A DNA stretch of 64,000 bases from assembly GCF_025526975.1 (NCBI RefSeq), contig NW_026515684.1, forward strand, positions 248,001-312,000, given 5' to 3'. This DNA comes from Fimicolochytrium jonesii. Lineage: Eukaryota. Of the stretch, positions 11,734 to 25,041 are shown piece by piece (the stretch's first letter is position 1; the number at the start of each line of letters is the position of its first letter). The translations under genes were made by a program, and so were the position numbers. The notes below the pieces were generated by a model that worked only from the letters and a program-made list of their open reading frames with translations, was not told the DNA's origin and did not search any database.

Positions 11734-14700
11734 ATGAAGCCTGGAGCTGCTTGCTATATATACGAGGTGCGTCCCCAGGGTCGCTGTCCCGCTGTCCATG
11801 TGCACTTTCGGACTTGTTCTTCGCCCAATGCTGTGCACAGCCACTTTCTCCTACGCGTACTGTACAGGACTTTTCTTGACCTGAACTTGGATTGCACTTT
11901 TATGCCACCCAGCAATGTGCAAAACGAGAGTGATCATATTCCGGCGTAACTTCAACTGAAGGATTCCCAAGCCCAGAAACAAAGCAGTTCTACTATTCTT
12001 ACGCTGCCGTCTCGTGGCCTAGGGAGAATTCCGTGAAGCCGAGCGAAGCTAGTTCTTGTCCGTTTCCGTGGGGACCCTTCGCTTGCCGTTCGACGGTGCC
12101 TGGAGGAGCATGGACCTGCAGAGTCGGCGCCCCTTTTCGTGGAACTTGCTTCAGCCTCCTGCTGGTCTCACTACTGGCTCCAAGCTGTCGGCCGAATGCG
12201 TACCGCAGATAAACCCCCGATTTTCGAGAACCTCCGGTTTTGTATCACCGGATTTGAGGCCGATGAACGTGGGAACATACAACGGCTCGCTGCACAACAT
12301 GGGGCGGTCTATTCTGGCACGTTAGACAGCTCATGCACACATCTCATAGCAGAGCGCCCTGAAGGCAGGAAATACGAGCACGCCATGACGGTTGATTCCA
12401 TCCACGTAGTGAGTCGCGAATGGTTCGAGAATTGCATTTCTCACCGAACGCGAGCGAATGAAGAACTTTTTCCGGTGAAGGAAACGGAAGCTCCTTCCGA
12501 AAAGCCGCAAATGAAGGTTGATCATAATCGTAAACAAACATCCTCGAAGTTGGGAATGAACTGGCTAGGTCAGTGCAATATCTATCCCGGCGAAGGATAT
12601 TCAAATGATCAACTGGAGAGTATTCGCAAAATGACTCGGGAGGGAGGGGCCGCATTTCAACAGACGTTTGACGGTTTCGTCACGCACATCCTCATTTCTG
12701 GCAGGAAGCCTACGGGCAGTGATATGCGCCTACTTCGAGCTGGAACGGGAACACGAGCTGTCCCAATGGTCTCGCAACGTTGGCTACGGGATTGTTATCG
12801 TCAAAGGACTCTACTACCCACGGATCCATACCTGTTTGCGGTCACTGAAGACCCCTTCGATGGATCGCGTGGGCGTCGCATGTCAGATGGCGAAAAGCCA
12901 GGCAAAGAATCGCTGCCAACAAAACCAAAGTCGAAAATAAACGAGGATAGTGGCAGTCGGCAGAGCTCAAGAGGATCCTTCAAGGTTGATGACTTCTTTG
13001 ACTCCCTGGTAGACGGAGATGTGCAGATAAAACCCGATGTCCGCCTTCTTAAGAATACATCTGGCGATGATGATTTCACATTCCGAGCGTTCGGAAAGAA
13101 ACAAACGGCGGCATCCAGCTCTCTCCCACGTGCGAACAGTGTCACTGACAGTAAAGTGAAAAATGCTGCATCAAGCCGCATTATTAACAGCAGTCGGGGT
13201 GATGCAGGAGTGGCACAAAATCGAGAAGGGTCGTCGAATATGAAAAGGAGTGATACGACAAACTCTACAACACTCGGAAACAGTAATGTTACATATCCAC
13301 AGCTGGAGGACGGGAATGTTGCGGAGGCAAATGCTGCAGATGAGCCGCCAGTATTCAACGAGACGCTGTTCGCGGGGCTCTATTTCTCTGCCGATGGGCT
13401 GGACCCAATGGAAGAAGGCATACTGCAGGAGATTGTGCAGAATGCTGGAGGAATGTGGATTGCGGAAAGCCGCGTAGGCCGTGGTCCAGTGGCTTCGAGC
13501 ACTACGATACTATGCCCTCTAGTTCACCAGCGTACACCACCCATTGCCGGGGCTCAACTCGTCACCACGCTATGGCTAGAGAGGTGCATAGACGATGACA
13601 AGCTCCACAACCCGAGTGATATTGTATTATTCCAGCCACTGAACATACCCGTGCCACTTGAAGAATTCTCGGGTCTAATAATCGGCGTATCGGGCTATGA
13701 TGGCTACGAAAGAATACATCTCGAGAAGCTGGCAACGGCTTTAGGGGCCGAATTCACGGAAACGTTTTCCAAACGGAACACGCATCTTATCTCGAAACCG
13801 GGAATAGATAACGCCAAACTTTTGAAAGCGAAGGATTGGCGAATTCCAGTGGCGACTGCGGAGTGGCTGTATGCGTGCGCCGCCCACGGCAAATTGCTGG
13901 ATGTGTTACGCTTTGATGAAGGAGTGGTGCCGCCTCCTGCAGCTGCAGCTGAACGCGCGAAGACGGCAGCCGTTTTGCCTCTAGATAGTACGTCCCGCGC
14001 CTCCCACGACGAGGAGTTTCCGGCCACCAATGCCGCTTTCCGACCAAAATTCGACACTTTGGAGGTTCTGTCATGTCTACAAACACCGCGAAATCCGTGG
14101 AGAGAAGCTCTTACCGAAGATGGTGAGGGAAGTCTTCCATCACCGCTTGAAGTCTCCTTTACCAGAAGATTAGGAAGGGCTGTGGATCACGTTACGAAAA
14201 GCGGTGCTGGCAGTGCGGCTCACGTCAAACAGGAAGGCGGCGGTCTAGCAGGATGGGCTCCGTTGCCCGCATGCGCAATCGACATAAGTCTCCTTCCGCC
14301 CAATCTTCTGGAGGGAGTGATAATATGTCTCAGTCAACGCGCCGCACATCGGCGCCCCGAAGTCTCTACACTCGCCAAACAGATGGGTGCTCAGCTCCTG
14401 CCGGCGTACAACGATGCCTGCACGCATTTCATCCATGAAGGAAAGCAGGTCAACGAAGTTTTCAAAGACTTCAAAGCCGCAAAACGCACAGGGAAGTACG
14501 TGGTGTCACCTGAATGGCTACGGAAGTGTCGTGAGACTGGTCAAAGGGTGCATGAGGCCGATTATCCGCACTTTTTCAATCCGAAGAAGTCGCTGCCGAT
14601 CACCGCGCCTGCTAGTCAGGTTCCTGTCGATCAGGCTTCGAGAGGGAAGATTGGCTTGAAAAAGGCGAAGCGTAGTATATCCTCCCCGAATATGCGGGCG

Positions 14701-16334
14701 AAGTCGGAATCCGACAAACGGGTCATGAGCGATGCTCCGGCTGGTAACCTTGTCGATTTCGGCCCGTCTAGCCCCATCCGGCCAATCCGGACCAGTGTCT
14801 CGCTTGGCGCTGAACGTACCAAGAAAATGTATGCCCAGCCATCCGAACCCATCAAAGTGCCGGAGGATCCGGTTGATGAAGCGAAAGATCAATATGGAGC
14901 GATGTTGGACAAATATTTGGACCCCACAACCCTCCGCAGGCGGACTCGCTCCTCCCTCCTTAAGTCACGTAGTCTCAGCTCAATCATGTCAGACCAACCC
15001 CTTGGCCTAGATATCACTCCATCAGCGCCCATACCCGAACACGACACCTATACCTATACGCAAACGCAGGCCGTTCGTCGGGTACAAGACGAAGCTGCAG
15101 CGATCATATACGATGACCCCGACGGTCGCATTGCAAAACGGAAACTTCTGGAGCAGTTGGATAACGGAGGGAAACGTGCCAAAAGTTCCGATGAGGAGGA
15201 CGCAGGCGGTGGAGTTGTGGGGAAACCCGCCCGGAAGGGGAGAAAGCCAGCGCCGACTCCTCGAAAGTCGCCGAGAACGATTCACAAACCGGACGTGCGC
15301 CGAGAGGACGGGAAGACCCCAGCTCCACCATCGGTGACGCCATTGCTGGTTCCTACACCGAGGATCCTGCAGCCCGCGGAGAGGAAGTTCCTTCTGTCCG
15401 GAATACCTCGGACCGAGCGGACAAGGATCGCCGACGCTCTGGTGGCTCTGGGCGGGAAAGTTATGGATTTGGATTATTGGCATCCTGACATAACACATCT
15501 CATTGGTAAGAAGTCACTTTTTGACGCTTTTGCCCACCTGGTTGGGTGCTGACTTTCTCCTTCCCCTGGACGTTCAATAGTGAAACAACCCGGCCGCACT
15601 GAAAAGTGTCTCGCCGCCATTGCTTCTGGGATGTGGTAAGTTTGCGTGCACCTCTAATCACGTCAGTCTTCCAACTCACCCCGTACCATTATCAGGGTAT
15701 TGCAACCCTCATACGTCGATGCTTGCCAAAAAGCGAAAAGCCTCGTCAGCGAGGAACCTTACGAGTGGGTGTCCAATGCGACCACGAACGAAGGTAGGCC
15801 CCGTTTCAGCGCTATACGAGCGCCGAGTCCCTTTTAACGCAGACATGGCTCGTCCGAACTTCTGTCAATCTAGACGACAAGGCTCTCTTCGACGCCATCC
15901 GACGCTGGAGAGTCAAGCTTGGAAACTACAAAGATCCGAGTAAGCCACGGAAGGGCAGCTTTGAACGCTGGCGAGTTCTTCTGATTGTCCAGGGCAACAA
16001 GAAGAGTGGCTTCACAAGACTTCTGAAAGCCGGTTGCGCCGAAGTCATTAATGACGTGGAAACGTTCGCCAGCTTGCCAAAGCAGGTCTGTTCTTCTTCG
16101 TTGATGCATCCGATACCCTCACGTCTATCTCGCTAACATGCTTTGGCTTGGTTATAGTACCTTAACTATGTCATCACCGACTACAAAGCCCCCGTCCTCC
16201 GTCAGCAACCGCGATTATGCGATCTTGTACACAAGGGTGTGCCGTTCATCGACGCGAACTACTGTGGACAATACTTGTTTGATGACGTGCCGCCGGAACC
16301 TACGCCATGGCTGATCCATGTTCTCGACGACTAA
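11734..16334 (+). CDS. Multi-BRCT scaffold, TopBP1/Dpb11/Rad4(Cut5)-like; 5' exons uncertain
   Basis: At least six BRCT repeats (FCITGF..CTHLI..WFENC; IGVSGY..NTHLI..EWLYAC; CTHFIH..VSPEWLRKC; FLLSG..ITHLI). One exon of about 3.4 kb followed by short exons to TAA 16332-16334. Confidence 0.85.
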
Positions 16335-16655
16335 TGGGGTCTGCACACGTATGTAATGTAGGTTTGGGTTACAATCCGCAATTAGCGGATCTTCGCCGAT
16401 GAGAAAATTGCGGCGTGCGTTCGTTTCTTATATCTGGAGATTCTGGGCATTCCATGTACCATAGTAGCCAAAGCGGAGTAACTCCGAACTCCCATCCGAT
16501 GCGTCAACTGAGACGTCTCCTCAAGCAGCATCAGCAATCCTGACGCTTTCAATAGATAATCCCTGTCATTGCATATATACAAACAAGCTGTTCTTTCTGT
16601 TCTTCTAATGATGCATGTCATCTATAATGCATTGGCGGCCATCCTGTTACACAGA

Positions 16656-17526
16656 TCACTTCTTTTTGGTGGCCGCGTCTCCCGTTTTCGGCTTCTAGAA
16701 AAGAGAGAATGAAATGTTCGTTAGTACGTGTAAAGCCTACAAAAGAACGAGGCGATTGTGCTGACTCCACTCGCAAAGGGGTTCCTTTCGGCAAGCGAAA
16801 ACCCAGAATGCTCGCTATCGCTCGTCCCTTTCAAGCATTCTTGCGCCATATGGCGCATTGGGTCCGCTTCGCTCACACTCGCTTTGCTCGCTGCCTCGCT
16901 TCCTCCCTCGCTCCATCTGTTTTTCGCCGTGCCTCCAAACCTCAACTCACCTTAGTTCCATACTTCGACCTCGACTTATTCCGATTAACCACCCCCTGAC
17001 AATCCAGAGCCCCCCTCACAACCTTATATCTCACACCCGGACAATCACTAACACGTCCTCCCCTCACCAAGACCACCGAGTGCTCCTGCAAGTTATGCCC
17101 CTCTCCCGGAATGTACGCAATCACGACCTTGCCAGTCGTGAGTCGTACACGACAGACTTTACGCTGCGCGGAATTGGGCTTTTTGGGTTTCACGGTGAAG
17201 ACTTTGACGCAGACACCTCGACGTTGCGGGCACCCATCGAGGGCGGGAGCCGCGGCGGTTTTGGGCCGGGGCTTGCGAATGGAGCGCATGACTTGGTTTA
17301 GGGTTGCCATGGAGCGGTGCTGGGGGAGGGTGGGGGAGGATTGGAGACGGTTTTGCTGTTGTTGTGGAGTTGTTGTGCGGGGGAACGGGGTGATCAGCGA
17401 GGGTATTCTGCAGAAAGGGTTGGCGGCGTGGTGGAAGGACCGTAGAGGAGCAGGGACCAGTGACGACGACGACGGTCTTGTTGCTGCTGCTGCCAGGCGG
17501 CGTAGCTGTGTCGAGCGGCAGAGCAT
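16656..17526 (-). CDS. MRPS12: Mitochondrial ribosomal protein uS12m (nuclear-encoded)
   Basis: Arg/Ser-rich presequence, then [43 protein letters not shown] and RSKYGTK. Intron 16695-16950; last exon [12 protein letters not shown]. Confidence 0.95.
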
Positions 17527-17737
17527 GGTGCTGGTTGCTCTCTGTTAGGGCGTGCGCTGTGATGCGTTGACGAGGGATTGCGAGTTGTGAGTTGAGAAAA
17601 ACATCCGTCGCCAGCGTCGCGAAATTGGCCTCTTTGGCCTCTGTTTGGCCTTCAGGATTTCACCCTTTCAGACATACAGTAGCAATTGGCTTGCGAGACG
17701 TCGCCAACACAGACAGCACAGATACAACACAGACAGC

Positions 17738-18702
17738 ATGTCAAGTCCACCGGCAAAGTCCTCCGGGACGCCATACACCTTCCTGGACGTCCATGACCAG
17801 GCCTCCCCGCTGTGTACGTAAACGTTGAATGGCATGCGCTTTTGCTGAGAAAAGTCTCCTATCCATGGTCCGTTATCGGAGACGTTTTTCTGCATATACT
17901 CGCTGAATTGATAATTTATATTGAGCTTCGACTTTTTTCCCAAACAGCGTCGTTGCTGATCAATCCTGGAAACGATGTGAAACGGACGAGTCGGCCAAAG
18001 ACTTTCCGGCCGGAGCCTCCTTCCGAATGTGAGTACTCTGTCAAATAGTTGCGCGCAGAGAGGCGGAGAAAGGAGGAGAGGGACGCGGGGCAATAAGGCT
18101 AGAAGTCGATGGCGTTGTGGTTCCAGGCATTCATCAGTTCTGGGTCTTTCTTTGCGATCGAAAGTGATGTCCCGCGTAGCAGCGTTCCTCCCACAACTCT
18201 CCGCCGCGAACACGTCCCTTCTCGCTCAACTCTCCCAAAACCCCGAGGCAAGAGAGAACGTGGACATCGAAGGAGTCGATGAGGATGATGAGCAGTACAT
18301 CGAGATGGTATGCATTCCCGCATGATCTTGCCTTCCGCTCCGGGTTTCATCCTACGTCGTTCTTACAGTGTTACACGTTCCCTCCATTTTGCGTAGAACC
18401 TCGGCGTAGGGGTCTTCGATACAAAGCCAGATGCACCAACACCGAGCACAATCAGGCCTGAAGACATCGTCACAACGTCTGCCATAGACACCGATGCAGC
18501 CGGAACGAGGGACGTGAACATCGGCGATTTGCTGGCTTTGGGTGGGGACGAGAGACCTATGATTGAGGTTCTGGGCGGAGGGGTGGGCGTTGAGAGCGGG
18601 AGTGGGAGTGAGGGGTCGAGTTGGGGGGAGGAGAGCGCGGATGAAGAGGAAGAAAGCGGTGAGGAGGAGAGCGATAGTGCAATGGAAGATGTGTCGAGCT
18701 GA
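17738..18702 (+). CDS. NOPCHAP1/DUF4598-like box C/D snoRNP chaperone
   Basis: SRVAAFLPQLSAAN..DIE..EQYIEM|NLGVGVFD motif and an acidic tail. Divergent from MRPS12. Confidence 0.75.
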
Positions 18703-19005
18703 AGGCGCCGGTCGTCCGGAGTTGCGACCGGCCCGACTGGGTTGGCTGTATTTATTGAGTCTTTTTGGAGATGCGTTGACGTAGGTAGCATTTTGCAGAT
18801 CCGCATGTAGAAGCCCCACTTCCATTTGAAGCTCTCGATATATCATCAAATTCGCAAGCGTCTATTCATCAATGGTGTGAAAGTACAAAGTGCCAGCCTC
18901 ATTCGGGAGTCAGGTAACAGATGGGGTCATGATAGTGCGTGGATTTGAGTTCCCCGAGCCACATGGGCGTTCTGCCATTGTACATTCATTCGCGAGGAAA
19001 ATATG

Positions 19006-20487
19006 TCAACTGTATTCAGTGAACTGAGCATGGCCCGTCTCCATAGCGTGCGCCTGAGCTTCGTGTTGGCCGACGATGCCCTGAAAGCAAGAACACCAGA
19101 TCAGGTAAACCAATGACTTGATCTTACTGTTGCTGCCACACGGATGCCTCGGCGCACATACCTTCTTACATATCCCACACCGCAATGTGAAATTAGCAAG
19201 GTCCGTAAATTTCTTCTCCTACAAAACGCAACGATGGCCAATCAGCACCTTCCAACCAATCGCAACCCCATCGCTCCCACCCCAACTAACCTTCTTCCAA
19301 ATCTTCGCCACCTCCAACGCCGCCTCATACACCCTATCCCCCTCATCTCCCTCAAACGTCGTCTGATCAAACTCCGCGGGCGCGCTCTTATCTGGCGTGA
19401 GAGCCAGCGCGTCGTAGTGAATCCCGCTGTACATCACGAAGACCCGGCGGGGGTACTTTCCTTCGCCTGCGATGTTCTGTCAGCAGGCGGGCTGATGTTG
19501 TAATACGCAAAAGGAGAGCTCAAGGACGTACCGAATCGATCTATTCGTAAACTCCCAACATCTATCGAGTCGATCTCTATTGCGTCGAACATCACCAGTC
19601 AGACCACCGTCCACGGGCAACGCGACTCTAAACGCGTCGAAGAACCCACCCACTTGGAAATGATCCGAAAGAATCGCCAGCTCAATCGCACCACCCCAGC
19701 TATTCGGCTCGAGGATCCAACTCCGGTACTTTGATGGTTCTCGGCCGAGGATGGCTTCGCTGTATGTTGCGTCGCGTTGGATCGTGTCAGCGATGACTGG
19801 AAGCATGGGGGTTCAGAACGGAGTTGAGATGGGTGGAGGAGAAGAAAAGACTCACTTTGCCGGTACTTTGACGTATTCTCGGGGAATCGCTCGAGCACGT
19901 AACCTATTGATCGGAACAGGCAACTGTTGTCGTCCTTCATTTCCTGCACCGGATGCATCAGACTTTATTCTTCTGATATCCTTCCAAATGCACATGCACA
20001 GTCAAACTAACCCTGACAAGCAGTATCCCATCATTCAACGGTATCCCATGCCCCTTCCCGACAGCGACCGGTCCATTCGCCCGCGCGGGTGGTTCTCGCG
20101 CCATTCCTCCCGCCGGAACCGCTGCCGGTGATACTGCTTCCCGGGTTACCCCAACACCAGCCTGCGGCGCAAACCCCCCTTCCACCCGCTCCAAAATAAA
20201 CGTCTCCCCATCCTTCACCCCCACCTTCTCCAACGTCTCCTCCCCGTTCCCCTCCGTCTGCAACGTTTTGGGCGGAAACCCGAACCGGATAAGTTGTTCC
20301 GCGACGAGGATGCCTGTCACGTTTTGGATGTCGGTTTGGAAGTCGTGGAGGGTGGAGGTGGGCATGAGGGAGGACCCGAAGGATTTTTGGCCTTGGGGTG
20401 ATCTGATGCGGAAGCGCTGGGGATAGGAAAGTTCAGAATTCCGACATTGCTCAATCGTGACTTTTACTGTCGTGGCTTTCTTACCAT
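19006..20487 (-). CDS. OTU1: Ubiquitin thioesterase OTU1/YOD1
   Basis: ATG-only first exon; UBL domain (GFPPK); DDNSCLFRSIGY (Cys), WGGAIEL and YSGIHYDAL (His); C2H2 tail ..HAMETGHAQFTEYS*. Confidence 0.92.
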
Positions 20488-21161
20488 TTCTACGTAACAG
20501 ACTGTGTTGTGGATACCGGACTCCCCCCTGATACCTACGTGCAAAAAATTACTGTGCTATTTCAGAACAGTTCGGAGTGCAATCCTCGGAATCTTCACAT
20601 CACCACCTCCCAGAGCAAGGCAACGCGTCTCTTCTTCTGGACAAGTTTTTTCGACGCGCGTCCTGCCCGATGGCTCACCGACTCTGGACATATAAATAAA
20701 CAGCTCTATATGCGGCCCGACACCGGGGCCAGATTGAGGGGAGGGCAACGCAAAATCTCGCTTGTGTGATGCGATAACGGAGTCCATTTGATCCACAGGA
20801 AGTCCCACTTCGTCCGTCCATCGGCTTTCGCCGACAACGAGGCTTCAAACAGCATGGATTTGTCAGGCACATCGCCACATACGTCAATGCGAAGCGCCGG
20901 GTCATTGCAGGTTCTGCTGTTCAGCGACCGTCCCGGCCTTGCCTTTGAACCGGCACGCTCCACCCAAGCTCCTCAGCGACATCCGCCGACTCGAAGGTGC
21001 TGACCCAATGTCCCCCGCCTCTGACCCCCACAGTCCGCACAGGCTACACAATCAGGGGCAAGCAGATATTTGACAGATGAGGAATTCTTCTTATCGCCAA
21101 ATGCTGGAAATCTATTGTTCTTCCAATTCGAAAATCGGCAAATACGTGTGGTATGCAAAGA

Positions 21162-22544
21162 TCTAACGAGCCTTGGGCGCAGCGTTGGCGATTTCTTTTG
21201 AAAAGGAGGGGAGAAGCAAGTGAGTGAAATGTGTCTGAAAGAACGAGGGAAAGGGATTTGTTACGGGGCGAAAATACGTACTCTGGATTTGCTGCAAAGA
21301 GTCCTGGAGAATGCTGTCTTGCTATGAATCCGAACGAAAGACAGTTTCGAACCGATTGAGAAATCAACGCCAAAGAGTGTCATCGACAAAATTCATTGCA
21401 GGGCCAACTCACCGTGCTCTTGTCGGCGAGGGCAGCTTTCACCTTCTCGATGACGGAGGTGGCAAGGTCCTTCTGCAGGGATTCACGGACAGACGCCTCG
21501 TGACGGACCCAGGCGTCCAGAACGCTCTTGGTTTGTTGGGTGAAGTTGACGCGCTGCTTGAGCTCGTAAGCCTCAGCCTCGAGCCTCGCAATGTCCTATA
21601 CGTTGTAAATACCGCCTCAGCATTGTCCGATTTGCTTTAGAGCAGCAGGAACGATGACCCATTTGGCTGGTTCGGAGATTACGTACCTTGGACATCTCGT
21701 AGAGACCGTTGGTAACATCGACAATGTCAGACATCTTGCCGACGTGCTGGATACGCTCCTGGACGACAGCCTTGTGGTCCTGACGAGCCTGCTCAAGCAC
21801 ACGCTTGATAGTCTACAACAGCGCCCAAAAACGATATAAGTATTCTTCCCCTACAGCACCACAACAACCAGCTCCGCCTCCCGGTCAACATACGTTCTTC
21901 TTGTCGTTGAAGTACTCAATAGCGCCGTCCTTTCCGTTGCTGTACCAGATGTAGTAGGCACCAAAAATACAGGCCATCTCAAAGACCTCAGCATCGACGA
22001 GGTAGACCTCCTTGGAGATGAGGAACGCGGCGATGGAGGCGGTCACGAGAACGGAACCGGATTTCGCTGCAAGACCTTCACCGGGGAAGAGCTTGATCAA
22101 GGATTCAGCGGCGACCTTAGGCTCAGGGCGCTGGGGAACTAAAACAATAACAGAGAGGAGACTTTATTGAGCCGTGTCGTTTCGTTATCGGTTGTGCTGC
22201 TAATCAGAGTCCATACCGGAGGCCATTTCGGCACGCTGCTGAAGGCGGGCAGAGACGATGCTACAAGAATTTCGACATCAGTACAGGCATTCCCGCAATC
22301 ATCGACGCCAAAAAGCAGGCTACTTACACATTGGCAGCCAAGCGGGGTGCGCTAGGAGCCAGCGCCTGCTTCAGCGCTGATGCGGTAGGAATCGAGAGAA
22401 GCACTGGTTAGCATTGCGCCCAGTTTACCAAACCTCAAAATTGCCCAGATGTCGACTCAGAGCAAGGCCTCCGACGACTCTTTGCACAACCCTGCGGGAG
22501 TACATACCGAGAGCGGACTTGTTAGCGAGCAGCCTGGAAGCCAT
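21162..22544 (-). CDS. ATP4: Mitochondrial ATP synthase subunit b (subunit 4)
   Basis: Presequence MASRLLANKS; EPKVAAESLIKLFPG, ISKEVYLVDAE, VVQERIQHV, VLDAWVRHEASVRE. Multi-exon. Confidence 0.9.
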
Positions 22545-22793
22545 GGCGTCAGTATAGTTTTGATGTCTGTCTAACGGTAGAAGGAATGAACCCGGTTCAA
22601 GCCGACACTCCTTGGGTTCGCTGCTGGGAGTTTCCGTCGCTTCGAATTGTTTCCCAGGGCTCACGTGACGGGTTTATGTTGGCCGTTTTCTACGCCGACT
22701 TTTTACGTCCCTACTTGGGCTAACTCCGTCCCAAACCATCTCTTGGAGGACACGACCTGGAAAACCTTCGATTTACAGGAAGCAGCGAACGGG

Positions 22794-23362
22794 ATGGCAG
22801 AATTCGAGAAAGGGGTCGTGCCCAAGGTTCTCAACGGGACTGGTTTGAAGATTCTCATAGGTGAGTTTTCACCCGCACATATTCATATTCTACTGTGTCG
22901 GTGCCCAAGTTCTCACGGCAATGGTATCGTCACTCAGTCCACACCCGGTGGAATCTCTCCATTGTCGACCCACTAGTGAAAGGCACAATAGAAACCCTCC
23001 ACTCCGCCGGCGTCCCCCCCTCCAACATCCTCGTCCGCGACGTCCCAGGCGCCTTCGAACTCCCTTTCGCCTCCCAACAGCTCCTCAAACAAAACCCAGA
23101 CATTAACGCATGCATATCCATCGGCGTACTGATCAAAGGGTCCACGATGCACTTTGAGTACATAGCGGATGCGACGTGCCAGGGGTTGATGCGGGTGGGG
23201 TTGGATTTGGGGAGGCCGGTCGTGTTGGGGGTCCTGACGTGTTTGACGGAGGATCAGGCGTTTGAGAGGGCGGGGATTGGAAGGCAGGGGCATGCGGGGC
23301 ATAATCATGGGATTGATTGGGCTCAGGCGGCGGTTGAGATGGCATTGCTCAATAAGAAGTAG
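22794..23362 (+). CDS. RIB4: 6,7-dimethyl-8-ribityllumazine synthase
   Basis: ILI|VHTRWN, VPGAFELP, IGVLIKGSTMHFEYI, GVLTCLTEDQA and HNHGIDWAQAAVEM. One intron. Confidence 0.96.
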
Positions 23363-23842
23363 GGCATTTGATGGATGAGTTGCCTCGAGCTCTAGTTGCA
23401 AAGTTTTGGTTTGTTGAGCTGAAGTGGGGCTGGTGGAATGAGGATCCCGCGATGCAGAGGGAATTCAACGTAGCACTTCTAGCACACGCTGGACGCCGAC
23501 ACTATTACTTGCAGAAGTCAGTGCTAGACCGACGTGCGGTTCGCTTCCGCATCTGGGTTTTATGTGGCTGTAGTGTGCATGGGCGCACCACAACGACAAT
23601 GACAATCATATACATACGACTCCGAGAGACCCAATAGGGTCGGCAGCTTCGCCCTGCATTTTTGTATGTGCTGTCTTCAAAAAAGCAAGGGTGTCTTCTC
23701 TTCTCCCCGTCTCCCTCATGAAAGAGAGGGTCATTGACGGCATCGCGTCTCTACGCAGGTGGCTGGTTTGTTGAATTCTATCGTCCATCTTCCTTCCCTC
23801 ACCTGGTTCCCCGGAATTCCAACCAACGCTCTCACACCGAAA

Positions 23843-25041
23843 ATGAGCAGAGACACCCGCGCCCACCCCGAAAGCTACGGATCCCGAGGCGGAGGAGGAT
23901 ACGGCCGCGGCAGCGGGGGCGGCTACGGCGGCAGAGGAGAATACGGCGGCGGGGGCGGATATGGAGGAAGGGGTGATTACGGCGGCCGGGGCGGACATGG
24001 CGACGCAAGAGGGGATGGTGGGCGATATAGAGACCTTGATGACCCGTATAGGGGGCATGGGCAGGAGGGGTATGGGCGAGGGAGAGGTATGTTTTGGGTG
24101 CCTGCACGTTTTGGGGGCCGTGGAGAAATATGTCCGTGACCGCTGTCAGGAATTCCCCTCTCATTCACTTCTTCAACGCAGATACAGCCCGATACAGAGA
24201 CCTAGATGCCCCCCACAGCGGCCCATCATCCGGTTACGGCAGACGAGATTCCCGCTCCGGACCGGATTTCGAACACTCGCGCGACCACCGACGCCGGTAT
24301 TCGCGATCACGGTCTGGGTCAAGGGATTCGAGGGAGCGGTCGCGGTCGCCAGGGAGGAGTGTGAGGCGGGGAAGGGGAGGTATGTGGTTGTTTTGATTGG
24401 ATTGTGATGAATCACGCATGTTGAGGCTGATTCAATGATTTGGAATTCATAGAGCATAGCCGCGACCGCCCCCCACCCCCACCCTCAACCTCAACAGTCA
24501 ACCCCCGCCGCCCCTACTCCCCCTCCAGCGATCATGACCGCGCGCCTCGGGATTCCAGCCACCGCCGCTCCTCACCCCAAAGCTCCCACCGCCGTCAGGA
24601 CAGTCGAGACAGAAGCAGAAGCAGTCGGGACAGACGGGATAGGAGCATGAGCCACTCACGGAGCGAGGATTCGGATGAAGTGCGCGAGGTGGACCCGATG
24701 GAGGGTATGGATGAGGAGGCGAAGATGATGGCGTTGATGGGGTTTAAGGGGTTTGAGACCACGCATGTGAGTTTTTGGGGATGGCGGGGGTTTAGTTTAG
24801 TGATTGTGTGTGTGTGTGTGGATGTGTCTCGTATCCAGCGGAGGATAAGCCCTCCAAATGCACCCCATACGTGTTATACCATATACTAACCAACACACAC
24901 CATCTTCTTCTCTCTGTCAAACCACAGGGCAAAAAAATTCAGTCAGACCAAGGCGCCGTCTCAGTCAACAAACAACGCACCTACCGCCAGTACATGAACC
25001 GGCGGAGAGGGTTCAACAGGAATTTGTCGCCGACCCGGTGA
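23843..25041 (+). CDS. SNRNP27: U4/U6.U5 tri-snRNP 27 kDa protein (RS/RG-rich)
   Basis: MMALMGFKGFETT|GKK..RTYRQYMNRRRGFNRNLSP C-terminal signature; RG- and RS-rich N-terminus. Confidence 0.9.

Noticed and set aside
20790..21065. RNase MRP/P RNA (GGAAGTCCC...GGGGC)
   Set aside because: P4 pairing is poor and the other conserved regions were not found.
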